A stretch of DNA of 64,000 bases, taken from contig JAUCBJ010007169.1 in NCBI GenBank assembly GCA_032718475.1, positions 62,001 to 126,000 on the forward strand. The letters are read 5' to 3'. Position 1 is the stretch's first letter. The number at the start of each line of letters is the position of its first letter. The position numbers and the translations under genes were made by a program. Origin of the DNA: Nemertoderma westbladi (taxonomy: Eukaryota > Animalia > Xenacoelomorpha). This document shows positions 39,533 through 53,517 of the stretch, in pieces. Below the pieces are notes generated by a model. That model saw only the letters and a list, made by a program, of their open reading frames with translations. It was not told the origin of the DNA and made no database searches.

Positions 39533-40489
39533 GTATTATTCCATCCATATACTAATGAACCAATCCTGATTTGATGTTGTTACATTGCGAGGGTAGAGTA
39601 TGCAGACAATACGCCTTGAGTGATGTAAAGCTTATATTAATTCCAGGTATTAGATATACCAACCTGGATAATCATTAATTAGGATAGGCCCAACATAGTT
39701 TAGGATGTGCAGTGCAGTTTGAAACATCACATTCCCTGGAAAAGGCAGTGAAAGTGAATTAATTCACTGGTTGTGAGTGTCTCCATAATTTTGTTAACAT
39801 TCTTCATTCGAATTCAATGCATAGAATGTGAAGGGAAGAAGCCACGCTTGGTTATTTATTATGTTTTTCAGCCCCTAACATCCTGCATTCATAACTTGTC
39901 AGCCAGTTTTTTTTACTTTTGCCTCTCTCACTCTCTTTCATTGCCATTTCGGCATTGCATTACCCTCGCTTGCTGTTCACCTTGTCATTAAAGAAAGTAT
40001 ATAAAGTTTAAATATTGACTAAATCAAATTGAATTTAATTTTCCTCAGATGTTAATCCGGCTTCTCAGGTATAATAATTTAATTTATTCCTGCAAATACT
40101 GCAAAGTGAAACATAGGTAACTAGTTCCCTAAAAATGGCTGATTTCAACCTTCAAATATATTGTCTACCGCGTTGATTTAATTCTATACACCTGCTATCT
40201 GAATTATCAATTAGCATCCGTAATTCCTTGCAGTTCTGGAATTTATGCATACTGGTAGTATAAGATCACCACATAGCCATGGATACAGCAGCGGTCACTT
40301 CTACCGGTTCTATTCTAAAATACGAAGTGTTAAAGACTATTTTTCCATTAAGGCTGGGCTGGGCGGGAGGGGGTCTCGTTGTGGGAGAGTATAAGGTGAA
40401 TGCTGAATTTGGGGATTTTAACTTATTTACTCGTTCAGATTGAGGGACCTAATATTGTCATAAAAGTGCGAAGAACATGTTAGGAATGC

Positions 40490-41110
40490 GGTGATAATAA
40501 ATATTACAGTGAATAAAGGTTAGCACCCGCAAACAAAAATAGTAGGGTACAAATGCTAGCTTTGTGACTATATTATAGTCTTCTTCCCCAGGCAAATACA
40601 GAAATAGAATAAATATAATACCTTACCACCATATTTAATTATTTACGACCGTTACATAATATTAATATGTACGTATGTACCACCCTTGTATGAAATTATT
40701 ATATAATAATAATTATTTTTTATTTATTTTTTATTTTGTTACACCCTTTGCATTGTATTAATATTTACCCCCGTACACCTAGTTTACCTTACCAATTCAT
40801 ACCTACTTTACCTTACCTCCTCACATTTACTTTACCCTACCACCATCTTATTTATCATATTAATTATTTTTACTATTCTGTGCACTTACTTGAATTATCT
40901 TTCCTATGTCTTAACCTCCTTTATTTCCAATTACATTATAACATTGGCGGGAAATTTAAAACCTTCAATTTAGTTAACGGTTGAATTGTGTATATATTAT
41001 ATTTCTGTATTTGCCTGAAGAAGGATTATAATATAGTCAGAAAGCTAACATTTATACCCTACTATTTTTGTTTGCGGGTGCTCACTTTCATTCCCTGTAC
41101 TAATATTACC
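40490..41110. mobile_element. Penelope-like terminal repeat present as an inverted pair, each arm with a decayed hammerhead
   Basis: About 40490-40606 is the reverse complement of about 41000-41110. The plus-strand arm reads tgc-CTGAAGA-a-ggattat aat atagtca-GAAA-GCTA-aca (41012-41050). Confidence 0.65.
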
Positions 41111-42299
41111 ATATTATCTACCTATTAACATTCTGGTGCATTATAACCACTGAAGTAGCGAATGTGAGAATCTATACGATAACGCGGAGAATTGGAAGTT
41201 AACTGGGTTTAGATCTCAATAAGGTTCTTATCGCATGCCTTGATGATCCCAAGAATATCAATGTACAGCCCACCGGGTAAGTGATTGGTAGATACAGCCG
41301 CTACAGTGTACTGAAGGTTAATATGGTTGGTTCCCTAGAGAGGGTAGAGGCGTGATGCAGTAGATCAGAAACATCAGCTTAGCATCCCCAGAATAAGAGT
41401 TTTCCATGGGCAGAAAAATTAATTTTATATATTATGGTGCAGCTGAGACTCGATAGTAGCTGGAAGTAATATTGCGCAGTATTTTGCTAAGCTGTGTCTT
41501 TAAAGGTTTTAATATTGTAATAATGTATTCCCCCATAGTGCAATAATGTCTTAATAATATATAATATAAAGCTTATGATACAAATTGAAGGGTGGGAAAG
41601 GGAAAGGCATGAAATAATTCATTGTGTGAAGAACGGTCATGACCATTCAGGATACGCCGTAGATTTTTTATGTTTTAAGGCTGCTGCTGTATTGCAATTT
41701 ATATGCCTGATGTAATAAGCCTGATTGATGAAGCCATTCTCATTCTATATTATTTGTTGACTTTTTACTAGACATGAAGGTAGTAGATGGTTCTTCTCCT
41801 ATACCACATTTGGCTCCCAGTAATTCAACTAATGTCATGGGATTTACACTATAAGCACTTCGCCACACCCAGAAACCAATATGTCACCCTATTAGCCAGC
41901 ACCCATATAAAGGCAGTTATTACTCCAGATAGGGGGGAAACTGGACGCAATAAAAATTCATCCCTCTCCAGGGGAAAGTCGACACAAATAACAGCTGATT
42001 ACTCTCAAAAGTAAAACTGTAACCTGTTCTACTGTGTTTAGTTTATTGTTTTGGTTAAAATAACGTGCCACTGTAACCTGCTCATTTCCCTAAATTGAGA
42101 ATTTAACATTGAGACGGGATATTAATTCGCCAAGATCCCCTCCCGGCCAATCAGACATAATCGTTGCGCAAGCTATAACATTGTCATACAGTAACCGTGT
42201 TGTATATATTGTTTATCCATTGTGTATAGGTTGTACAAATGTACATAGGCCAGGGGCTATTCACTATAGGTGAACCCGTAATATTGTGCCAGTATATTG

Positions 42300-44810
42300 T
42301 ACTTCAGTTGTTGAGTAGAAAGGATACCATTTACATTAAAAAGGTGAATGGGAAAGCTGTTTACAAACCCAAACATTATTTGTTATGGAATTTGAACGAA
42401 ACTTTGGAGTTATTTAACAACCAAAAGGGGGCACTCACTTACCATGCTTTACAAAAAATTGTCCCTGAGGAGAAGCATCTTTTCCTAAATAGAAGTATGC
42501 CCAAAGATAACTGCAGATGTGACACGTGTGAAAATTTGGGTTTGATGTTGGAAAAAGCCAAATCACTTCCAACGAGGCCACATTTTCTTGCAAAACTCTT
42601 ACATCCTTGTCTTTCAAATGATCATGTTGAATATTGCCCTGGCTTATCTGCGATAGAGGCAGAACTATCTGAGCTACGGGCACAGGAACTCATCCTATAC
42701 TATCAGTGGTCGAATGTTGTTATAAATGATAAAGGTCAAAAAAAGTATAAAAAAGTACTCGTAGAGTCAACCGGATTGGAATTTGTGGATATCCTTTGCT
42801 AGCAACTCAGTAACTTCCGTAGACACATGTACTCATTCCAGCGTCAACATGCAGAGTTGCGCTATTTAAAGAACAACCTGAAGTCTGGGAATGTTATACT
42901 GTAGTTTCTGTTGATTTTGCACAGAATTATAGGAATGAACAGTGTCATGAGATACAGAGTGCTTACTTCGGCAGTGAAAGTTTTTCTATATTCACTGCTG
43001 TAATATACTAACTATCTACAAGCAAATACCGGAAGCCCAAGTAATGAAGATATTACAATTCAAGAGACTAGTATAATTACTACACCGACAACCATTGCAC
43101 TAGAGCCAGAAGCTGGGTTTGATTCACCACTCGATACTGAGGTTCCTACCAAATTGCTGTCTAAGTCATTTGTTGTAGTCTCAAATGAGGCAGAACATGA
43201 TAAGTATGTAAGTCATTTGTCATGTGTTACTTTGGTCGAGGAGGCCAGGGCCTTGCTTTCTCCTGTCCCTCTAGTTGGTGTTCACTTTTGGTCTGATGGT
43301 TCATCTGCTCAATTCCGCTCTCGATTCGCCTTCGCTTTGCTACAGATTATTCCCTTCTGACATTACTCTCGCATGGAACTATGGTGAGGCATACCACTTC
43401 AAGGGGCCCCATGACGGAATTGGGGACACCCTAAAGTGTAAAATGTATCGAGATGTACTTTCTAACAAAGTGGTTTTTCAAAATGCTAAGCATTTTGCAG
43501 AATACGCGGAAAGCAATATAGTGACTAAAGTCATATATTTAGATAAGTCTGAAATCGACAATCAACGTATCAAGTTGAAAGACACCATACAAAACGCTAA
43601 GGCTGTTTCATCAACCCTTCAAGTACATCAGGTTTGCCGTCAACCAAATGGATCTCTACACTTCTTTAAGTATAGCACCTATAGCAGAAAGAACATCACA
43701 TGGGGATGTACTATGACCCACAGATGCTTTGTGAAAGCTTTCAAGGAGAAATTGAAGAGAACGGAAATGATGTTGAAATTTAAGAACTAAACATCGTCAT
43801 TGGTCCACACGAAACGACGATTATATCGGAGTCGAGTTACAGTGACGTGAGATACCCACTTAAATCCATCATTACTCCTGGTGTTTACATTGTGGTCCGT
43901 TTTGAGGCAGGCTTTGAATGCGTGGGTGAAGTATTAGCAGTTAATGGTGAGGTCGTTACAGTGAAATTTATGCACAAAACTTTAACTTACTCTGGTCTTA
44001 CTGTTTTTCATTAGCCCGACGTTGTTGATATATATGATGTAAAAGTGGCTTCGGTTTGTGGATTGCTACCAGCTCCGGACGGCATGTCCGGATGGGGTAC
44101 TTATAAATTCGATACCAATCTATCCATATTATACAGTCATATTAAATGAACAGTTCGACGAAAATACCTGAACTGATGTGTTTTTACTTTAAGATTATGC
44201 AGTATATGATACGTTTTTAGAAACACGTTTTCGATTAGCCTTCATAATTTCACTAATAATTATCTGTAAAAATAATATTATCGGTAGAAATAATTATCTT
44301 TTACCCCTAATGAATATCTGTGCTCTACTGCTCTTTGCAATATTCTTTGTTGATTTTGGTAAAGTAATAAAGGTGTCCGTGACATTTTTGTCCCTGACAG
44401 GACCACAAAAATAGTTACGTTATATCTAACTATAAATTAGGATAACATACCCGATTTTTTTTATTAATTAGACTGACATGATATGATCATACTTGTATTT
44501 ATCATCTAGTGATTAAATTTATGTATAATTTGATCGATATCTTAGGTTCAATATGAGTGTTATTTAACAGTCATTCCACCAATCTGTCCCTGACAAAAAC
44601 GTTTACGCTGTATAATATTCTTAACCTTTGTTCTCTCAAACTAAAACACTTATGGCGTTGTAGACAAACACATTAGGTTGATGGGTAAAAAATATTTTAT
44701 ACAAAAAGTTAGAACAAAAATAAATTCTCGCCAAAATTAGTTCATCATTTTTCTGTCCCTGACAATTTAGTGTTTTCAATAATAATGACCAGTACCACGA
44801 TCGGAAGTGA
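42300..44810 (+). mobile_element. Decayed DDE DNA transposon (Sola2-like transposase; superfamily tentative) with right subterminal repeats
   Basis: CRCDTCEN, YYQW, VDFAQNY...EIQSAYF, VHFWSDGSSAQFRSRF, WNYGEAYHFKGPHDGIG; repeated tgtccctgaca at about 44370-44765; frameshifts and stops. Confidence 0.7.
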
Positions 44811-45618
44811 CAGAGTGACGAATGATTTCGGAAGTAACAGACTCCGTCAACAACACTCGGGGTTTAAAAAATACAACTATCGGGCAACTTGTAACTGGGC
44901 GATCATCTATCTGATAGTTAAAAAAGACTGTCTGACAGTTGGTATCAGACTATCTGATAGTTAGCGCCCCATGGGTAAATCCTTACCGCATCCTTACCGT
45001 TACCTCTCTGACTGACAGCGCAACAGCCCCTATAGACAATCTCTGGGTCCAAACCACAGATAATTTACCCTATATTATCTACCAGGCCATGGTTTGGTGG
45101 GAAGGTGAATCCTACTGGACAGTTTGTATAAAGGGAGGGTGGGCCAGAGAGGAACCGGCCCAATATCCAATCAACACAATCATTGCAATAAACACTACTG
45201 TCAGGTAAACCAGCTTTCATAGGAAGATGGAAGGTAGATTGTCATAATATTAAGAACACTCACTATTTACAAGTTTCATTTGATTGGATGGATTTGATTG
45301 GATGGTGGCCCTAAATCGTTGGACCCACAGGGCGAAAGGGTGATTTCTACAGAGCTACACACTCACATAGCTGCACTTACTTCTGAATTAATATCTCAGC
45401 CTAGCGGAATGAGGAGTATGGCTGTATGGTGACTTGATTTGGGCAATAATTAATTTATTCTTTTTTCTTCATTTCTGCAAACTGTAAATTATTATTTTTT
45501 AATGAAATAATAATAATAAAATTATTTAGAGTTTCCAGAAATGCAAAAAAAACAGATTTAAATTTAGAATTTGCAGAGACGAAGATAATCCAATTAATTA
45601 GCCTAACTTCGTTCTGAT

Positions 45619-45848
45619 CCCGCCCATGTGAAGAATACCAGGTTTTCACTTTACAGTCGACATTTTATTGGAATTATATATACGAAGAATGTTTATTTTT
45701 GAATTTATCTTTATTAAGTGTTTTATAGAGCTCATTTCTGTCTTATATACCCTGTACAGTACATATACTAATTCGATTATTGTTTTCGTTAGATAAGCCC
45801 TCCTGTAACCTGAGTTTTTGGTGAAAACTTGGTATTCTTCACATGGGG
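45619..45848. mobile_element. MITE of about 230 bp (TIR cccatgtgaagaataccaggttttcac)
   Basis: Inverted pair at both ends; a related decayed pair lies at about 26810-27033. Confidence 0.7.
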
Positions 45849-47490
45849 ATATACTGCAAAGTGAAATATAACAGCAGATAAAGTGTGATATTCTTCCCAT
45901 GGGCCTCTGATTCTGAACATGTGTTCTGAATTTCAATTTAGATAATAATGTTCAGTTATCATTCATATGCGTACCTGTGGCAAAAGGAGAAGGTTACAGT
46001 GGCGGTGTTTTCTAACCAAAACAGTAAACTAAACTTGAATCTGATGTGTATTTATTTATTACAGTACTACTAAGTCCACTGTATTCATAAAGTTTTCGGT
46101 CTGGCCCAACCAAAAATTTTGACAACGGACCGCCACTGCCAGCATATATCGCTGGCCTCTGCAGTTGTTAATTATAGAGAGATTGAGAGAAAGAGAGTTG
46201 TTAATTTGATCATGTGAGAGGCTTTGACACCAATGCATGTAGTTATATCGCTATACCACGCCCAGCTTGGATATGTCACATGCATATGTAGCAAAGCAAT
46301 CTATATTTCTCGAACTTTTCAAATAGTTCCTCTCTGCACCCACCCTCTTGGTTCATCCTCCATTTGCATCCCCAGTTTTAGATGTGATCTAGGGTCCGCA
46401 ACTCTGCTAGAAAATATTTTATCAGACAATAATATGAGCCTAGAGGCAATTGTCGATGACTTCTATTGCGCTGTGTAGTGTACTTCAAAATGTCAGAAAT
46501 GCAGAGGCAATCTTGGCGAAATCCAACATCAGGTGATGATGACTTCTACTGCGACACCCTACTGCTGATATTGATTCTGCAGCAATTAGAAGAGGATTGG
46601 CTTATGCATGTTTACCATATAGATATTTGGATTGGCTCAAATTATGTTATCCTTTTTCGATGATTCACAGATTGTCTCAAAAACAACACTGCTAATATGT
46701 ATGCTACTATGTATATAAATGATTGACCAACCAGCCCACTGACTTTTACCTTCAATATTATCAGTTTAATGTGTATCTTTCTTTGTTTCCATTTCTCAGC
46801 ATCTAGTCCAGATATGGTGGCTAACATTTTAAGCTTAATATAATGAATTGAATCATAATGAATAATAAAAACCCGGACTACCGCAGTCTATTCATAGATA
46901 ACTGTGTCCCATGTAATTGAGGCACTCCTATCACTCAGGATGTTTCATTGATGACTGTGGTAGCACTTCAACTAAGAGAGAAAAGGATAATTATGACTTT
47001 TTTCAAAATACTGTATGGTGCCTTTCTTAGTGTCTTGTTAAAGATGCCGGTATTTCGTGCAGCAGAGATCTGTAATTCGTGTGTTGCACATGGTTTGGGA
47101 TCTGCAACCCTTGCTATCACTGTACAGTACAACTGTCTGCTCTGCACAGCGGGTAGTGTAATGTAGTGCAGTAAGTGTGCAGAGTACTGTATGTCATTAG
47201 AATATCTTATATATAGAATCTGGTTATCCCGAACCAATTTTAGGGTTATAGTGAAACTATATTACATTATAATCCTGGTGAAGAGAGATTTACACAACCT
47301 GCTGTCTTTGCAATAAAGTTTTTGGAGGGACAAGAAACCCTGATGGGAAAGGAAATCGAAAAGACTATTTTGAGCTCAGGTAGAACCGGTAGGTTTCTAC
47401 AAGACATGTGCTATATTATCATTAAACATCTCACTTTAGACCCCCGCTAATTACTACAGTAGTAACCAGGACGACGAATCGTATAGACTC

Positions 47491-47726
47491 ACCACACCCA
47501 TCATCATGCACAGGGTTCCACCTTTTGTCGACAACGGAACCAGGTACCACATAATCACAGAGTATGTAAGTGGGGAGTTACACAGCTCGAGATCACTGAA
47601 CTTACTTAACCACACCCATCATCATGCACAGGGTTCCACCTTTCGTCGACAACGGAACCGGGTACCACATAATCACAGAGTATGTAAGTGGGGAGTTTCA
47701 CAGCTCGAGTTCCCTGTACTTACTTA
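47491..47726. repeat. 118-bp tandem duplication (2 copies)
   Basis: accacacccatcatcatgcacagggttccacc starts at 47491 and 47609. Confidence 0.9.
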
Positions 47727-48599
47727 GCCTTTGTCATGTTCTATAAAACTTCAGAGCAAAATATTTAACTCTTGATTATTCGTCTACTTTGTTGGTATTT
47801 ATTAATCAGTATAACCAGTGCATGTCATATATAAAAGAGGTTTTGGATACCATGGAAATTTGAAGTAAAATGACAAAAATTCCTAGTTGAAAATTAGACA
47901 ATCTATCATATATTTATTTATTTATTAATCTATAGACGATTGATTGATAAGTAGAAAATTAATTAATCTTCTGCTAAATTAATCCCGTAGTATTTAATTG
48001 ACTAATTACTATGTCGTGTTAAATTTAAGGAAATATTTGATTGGTCAATTTAACGATAATATAAAGCTAATTAGAATCTATATTTATTATCAACTTATCA
48101 TTAACACTTGTTAGCTTTTAGCATTTGTTGAATATATCATATAAATATTAAAAAGCCATTAGCAGCAGGTGTTAGTAATAAATGGCATGGATTATTAATT
48201 GATCAGAACCGTGTAATGTTCCATGGCATGGTCGCAACTTGGAGTAACCTCATTCTAATAATAATTCACTGCCTCAACAATAAAAGTTGGAAATCGTTTT
48301 GAGTTTTATGCAACCCATTAAATATAACATCCCTTGCCTGGCCATTCATTACTCCGCCATTATTCATTATTAACCACATTATCTTCTGACAATTTAATAA
48401 AATTCTGTTTTCCCTAGCTTTCATGCTTCTTCCCTTTTTCTTTTGGTACAAAGATCACAGCTCTGGAAATCTTCCCTTTACAACATGCCGTTACTTACTT
48501 ATTACAATTTATGCTCGCTGTCCAGGTTGTGTAATTCACATAAGATTCGCCAAAAACTTAAGTTTAGACAATTTAGAGCAGCAGTATAAACATTACCCT

Positions 48600-49020
48600 T
48601 CCTATATGGGAGTCTATGCTGGGCTCTCACTGCCAAGGATTCCAAATCTCTGGATGGCACTTTCACATATTCACAAGAATGCTGTGTCGGGTTCACTGTG
48701 TCAAGTACAATTCATTCACATCACCAACCAGACACTATATAACATAGGAGATGTCCCATTGGTCCCACAACATTGAATATTGTTGCAGAATATTGTTTTT
48801 GCCATGAGGACCAGACTGTGCGCAATCTTAAAGTTTGGCGGGCCGGACTACCCATGATTTTCTTAAGACTCCTCTTAAAGGACACTGGCCTTGATAATCT
48901 CGCAAACGTCATGGGGGGCATTGAGTTGTGGAGGTATCTAGAGTTACGGAATAGCATTCTTAATGCACGCTACATTATGCAAGCCAATTGTAGATTCATG
49001 GTGGTGGCACAATTTTTTTT
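48600..49020 (+). mobile_element. RTE family B 3' fragment
   Basis: accaaccagacactatataacatagg and the downstream block are shared with the other family B copies. Confidence 0.7.
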
Positions 49021-50788
49021 GTTAAACCATCATAGCATCTCTATGTGGAGCTGATTGCAGATAGATAGTCTTTATTGCTATAAATATAAACATAATTAGA
49101 ATGGCAGCCAGCTATATTTAAACAACTCTGCCTTTTCAACAAGTTAAAAATCCTGTCCCTGGTAGTATATAATGGAATGTTACAGAGGGTTGATGCCACT
49201 CAATTATATAAGCATTGAGGTGCTCAGCAAATATGGTGCAACACAAGGCGACCTGCAAATATCATTACCTCACCAGGGCCGGTCAGGGACAATGGGCTAG
49301 AACATCCCCAAACTTGGAAAATGTATGTCTGAACAAACGATTTGGCTCTACTTAGTTTCTGGGTCTTCCGTCATTACACCATAACACCGACCATTAGATG
49401 TCAACAATTTATTTAATAACGCTATAATGTAATGATAAATATGGAATGGCCATTAGAACATTATCCACAAAAAGAATACCATCAGTTCAATGAATAGAAG
49501 AATATATTTATAATGTTAATTGTTGATATTTCTAATATACTACTATTATTTAAATTTAGTCCAACTCCGCTTGCCTCTCAAAGAAAACCCCAATCGATAT
49601 TCTTAAACATAAACCTGCTAAAACTCTACATTCATGATTCACTGATATATTGATTAGTATACACTTACCAGACATTGCTTTATGTATTTAACATGTGGCA
49701 ATTCCATTGTTAAATAAATTCCCTGGAAATAGTAACATAACCCGCAGTGAAATTTGCTATTACCATAAAATATGACTTTGCAAAGTCAAGTTGTGACATC
49801 AATTTGTATTTTATGTAATTAGGGCTCAATTGAATGAATAATTACCAATAACTTTTTAAGAATAAGAATAATATAGATAATGCATATCAACATTCTAAAA
49901 TTCACAAAATTCAATCATTCAAGCCGAATCATATTATTTCAGAAGTAATAATTAATATAAATTTTATTTTGTATTTATGATCTATTAATAACTATTAATT
50001 ACAAATAGTTCCGAAGTAGTTTTTGCGGATGGTGGGTTGGGTATTTCTTAATTAATAATTAATTCCTCAATTAATTTATTGTTAATAATTTAACATTGAG
50101 ACGAGCAAAACACATGATAATAATTACCGAGAAGGGATTTGAGACCCCCACAACTCCCCCACACCCCTATCTTGGTGTATAAAACCTTCGAATCAAATTT
50201 CTGAGACCAAAAGATTTTCACTTGTTGAAACCAAATAAAACACCAAATTATTGTATTATGATAAATGTGTCTACAACATTAAATAATTTGCTGCATAAAA
50301 TAATATTCCCAGGCGTATTATTGAAAGTATACTATAAAGCAAGGTTAACAGTGAACTAACTGTACACATCAGATTTGTGATGCACGATTGGGCATACATT
50401 TTCCAATTTAAAGATTTAATGAGAATGTGGTATTTAATGCTAAAGCCAAGGTATTTACCTCATACCAGATTTAAATGCAATTTACACTTTTTTTTATAAC
50501 AACAATGTTTATAAGAACATGAGTCTCAAATTTTGAGGAAAAATTAAGAACATTCTGTCGGGGCTCATTATAACTGAAAACGTAATGGGAACGTGGTATT
50601 AATTGACTTGCTAAAAAGTCTGGACTACACTATTCCAAGCTTTGCTGATCCCTATATGGAATCCTAACATACTAATATGCATTTGACATCTCAAAAAAAT
50701 TAAAACAATTTTCTAATACTAGAATTATAATTAGTATACCTATAATTTTTAATCTAACACCAATATCTAACTTATCCTTCTGCATTAG

Positions 50789-51554
50789 ATATATGGCTGT
50801 CGTCTGGGCGGTGAAGTCCATGGGTTATCGGACCGTGAGGTATGCTCGCTATGCTGTTTTCGCCGTCTGGGCCGTGATGCTTCTAGTCAACTCCCCTCTA
50901 ATCCTATGGTCTGTGGTGGGTGGGAATACATGTAACATATCTTGGACTGGAAACCGTTTCCCTATATTTGTTGGATTTTTTACGTTTTGGTCGTTTCTTG
51001 GTCCTCTAATAATTATGATCGTTTTGTACATCGGATTGCTTCGACGGCTCTGGGGATCTTGCCCAGGCAGAGGCACCAGTGCCGAATCAATCCGAGGTAA
51101 AAGAAGAGTAACTAAAATGGTAGTTATGGTAGTTATTGCTTTCGCAGTTTGCTGTCTGCCTTTAAATATCAACCTTGTCTACACAGCTTTCTTCATACAA
51201 TATTCCGCTAGTAAGAACGTTAACCTGCTCCTATTTATTTTTCTTTCAAATCTTATCCTGTATATCCATGTCTGTATTAATCCTATAATTTACGCCTTTA
51301 TGTCAGATAACTTTCAACGTGGTTTACTGAAAATTTTCCCGTGTCTCGGTTGTATAATAAGAGCCCATTTGGTAGCTGCTTATCATGAAAAGAAGAAGAC
51401 AAGTAGTCGACGCTTATCCGAGCAGCAACGACAGATAGCCAATGAAGGAACGACATTATTTATATTAAATGAGAATGTTGGTGATGATAAAAAGGCGATT
51501 CCCACAACAGGACAGAAAAGACCACATTTGGAACAAGAAACGACATTGTGTTAA
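50789..51554 (+). CDS. Allatostatin-A/galanin receptor-like GPCR, coding exon 2 (ICL2 to C-terminus); spliced protein 376 aa
   Basis: Acceptor ccttctgcattAG at 50788; the phase-2 join restores D-R-Y-M-A-V-V. SAESIRGKRRVTKMVV resembles the AstA-R ICL3/TM6 region. TM7 CINPIIYAFMSDNF. Confidence 0.92.
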
Positions 51555-53517
51555 TTACAGGAATGAAGATGATGTAACTCTTCTACATCTAAAAATGGAA
51601 AGCTAAATAATAATAACAAATAGCTGTTTTACTGATAAATGGTAAATGGTCATATATATATTTTGTGTCAAAAACAATTATTGTTAGCCTTAGATTTTGT
51701 CGTTCATGTCTTTATCAGCTATGTTATTGGTATGGAACAGTACGAAACCCCCTTTTTATTAATGTATTTTCATTCCTTCTTCAATAAGTATAGAATCTAG
51801 ATACATATATTAGTTGTTATTCTTTCCTCGGCTATCGTGAATGTGCTATCGTGTATTTGTGGCGCTTTTTGTTAATGTAAAAAATTACATTTGTTGACAC
51901 TTATTTATTTATTAATTTATATCAAAAATAGCATATGGACGAAATGTCCTGCATTACATTGTTGTCAATTTGAATTTCAGATGTTTCTACAAATTATTAT
52001 ACTTACTTTTTAACGTTTCAATTTCACATAATTCCAATTTAAAAATTAAAATTAATGTGGAAGGAGAATAAAAATGCTTGCCATGCCCATAGGGTATCAA
52101 GAAAATAATAGAAGTGCAATTAGTAGTAATGCTAGGCTTATTCTTGAAACGCTTACTTTATAAACAATGATTTTACATTTAGATAAGCTTGGAGTAAAAA
52201 ATAAACCACAATTTTTATCTCTCTTTTTCTAACATTTATCTTAATTAATTAAATCAAGATTTGATTTGAATTTACCTATCACGAAATTTAGTGATATTTA
52301 ATAAAATAGATATCGTTTGTTTTCATGTCAAATATCACAAATTAATAATAAAAATTACCACAATGTTGACATATTAAGCTAGCAAATCAAAGCAATGAAA
52401 CAGACGGCGGAAGCTGGAGGTGAAGGTTCCTCTTACGATATCTGCTACCCGAATGTTGGGGTGTAGGCTCAACTCCATTCCCAAGTTTTGCTCCCAGTCA
52501 ACCAACTGAGCTAATCCCGCCATACGATGACATAATACAGCGATATAAATGCAAACATTTATATTGCATGGGGCGGGAACTTCACAACATAGGAAAACGA
52601 ATCCAATACATTGCTATGCGTGATGAAATAAAGACATTAATTTACAGATAATAACAGCAAATATCACAACGTTTACAGAAAATAAATTCAAGCTCTGAAT
52701 CTATTTATAATGTAAATTAAACGAATTATCAATCAATGAAATAAATCCAGATAGTGTGGGCGCTTAGTCCATCGACTTGGAAGTTATTAAAATTCAAAAT
52801 TATTAATTCATAATTTTATAATCCCAAAGGTCACCAGTTACACACACTTCAGCGCAGGTACTTTGCTTCAGTAGCACTTATTATGGTTTCGGAGCTAATC
52901 GTTTTAATGAGATCTAAAAAACCAATCTACAATATCTATATTTATATACATAATTTTGATAAATTAAATTAAATAGATTTAACTCCTATATAAATTTGGT
53001 TCTGATATCACCGATGGGTTGAAACAACCAGTACTAGTACCACAACTTCAAAAATATTTTTGTAAAAATGTGATGAAGTTTTACAAAATATGTGTAGGCT
53101 GGGGAATTATCGGGGAACATTTCAAAACAATTAAATATTACTAATTTATCTATGCATGCTAATTTTCATAAAGTGTAACAGTCCTTACGGAGCCCCTATA
53201 AAAAGAAAAAATTGTCTGCTAAGTCGTGGAAATGACTTACTAACTCGTGTGAACGACTTACCAACTTAGTACGACAGTACGAAGACAGTACACGAGTAGT
53301 AGTTAGAACGACTTAGTAAGGCTTGCGAACGACTTACTATCTCAATTCAGATTGGCTAGATATGACGTCTTGACATAAATAATATTGTGGGGCGAGCCTT
53401 AGCATTCAGTTTAATACAAGGTCAAATCTTCGTTGTCCATGTCTGTCTGTCAAGTGCTTCAGTTTTGTTTGTCTGTCTGGCTCATTGTTTGGACACTAAT
53501 ATCTCAGCCACGGCTCG

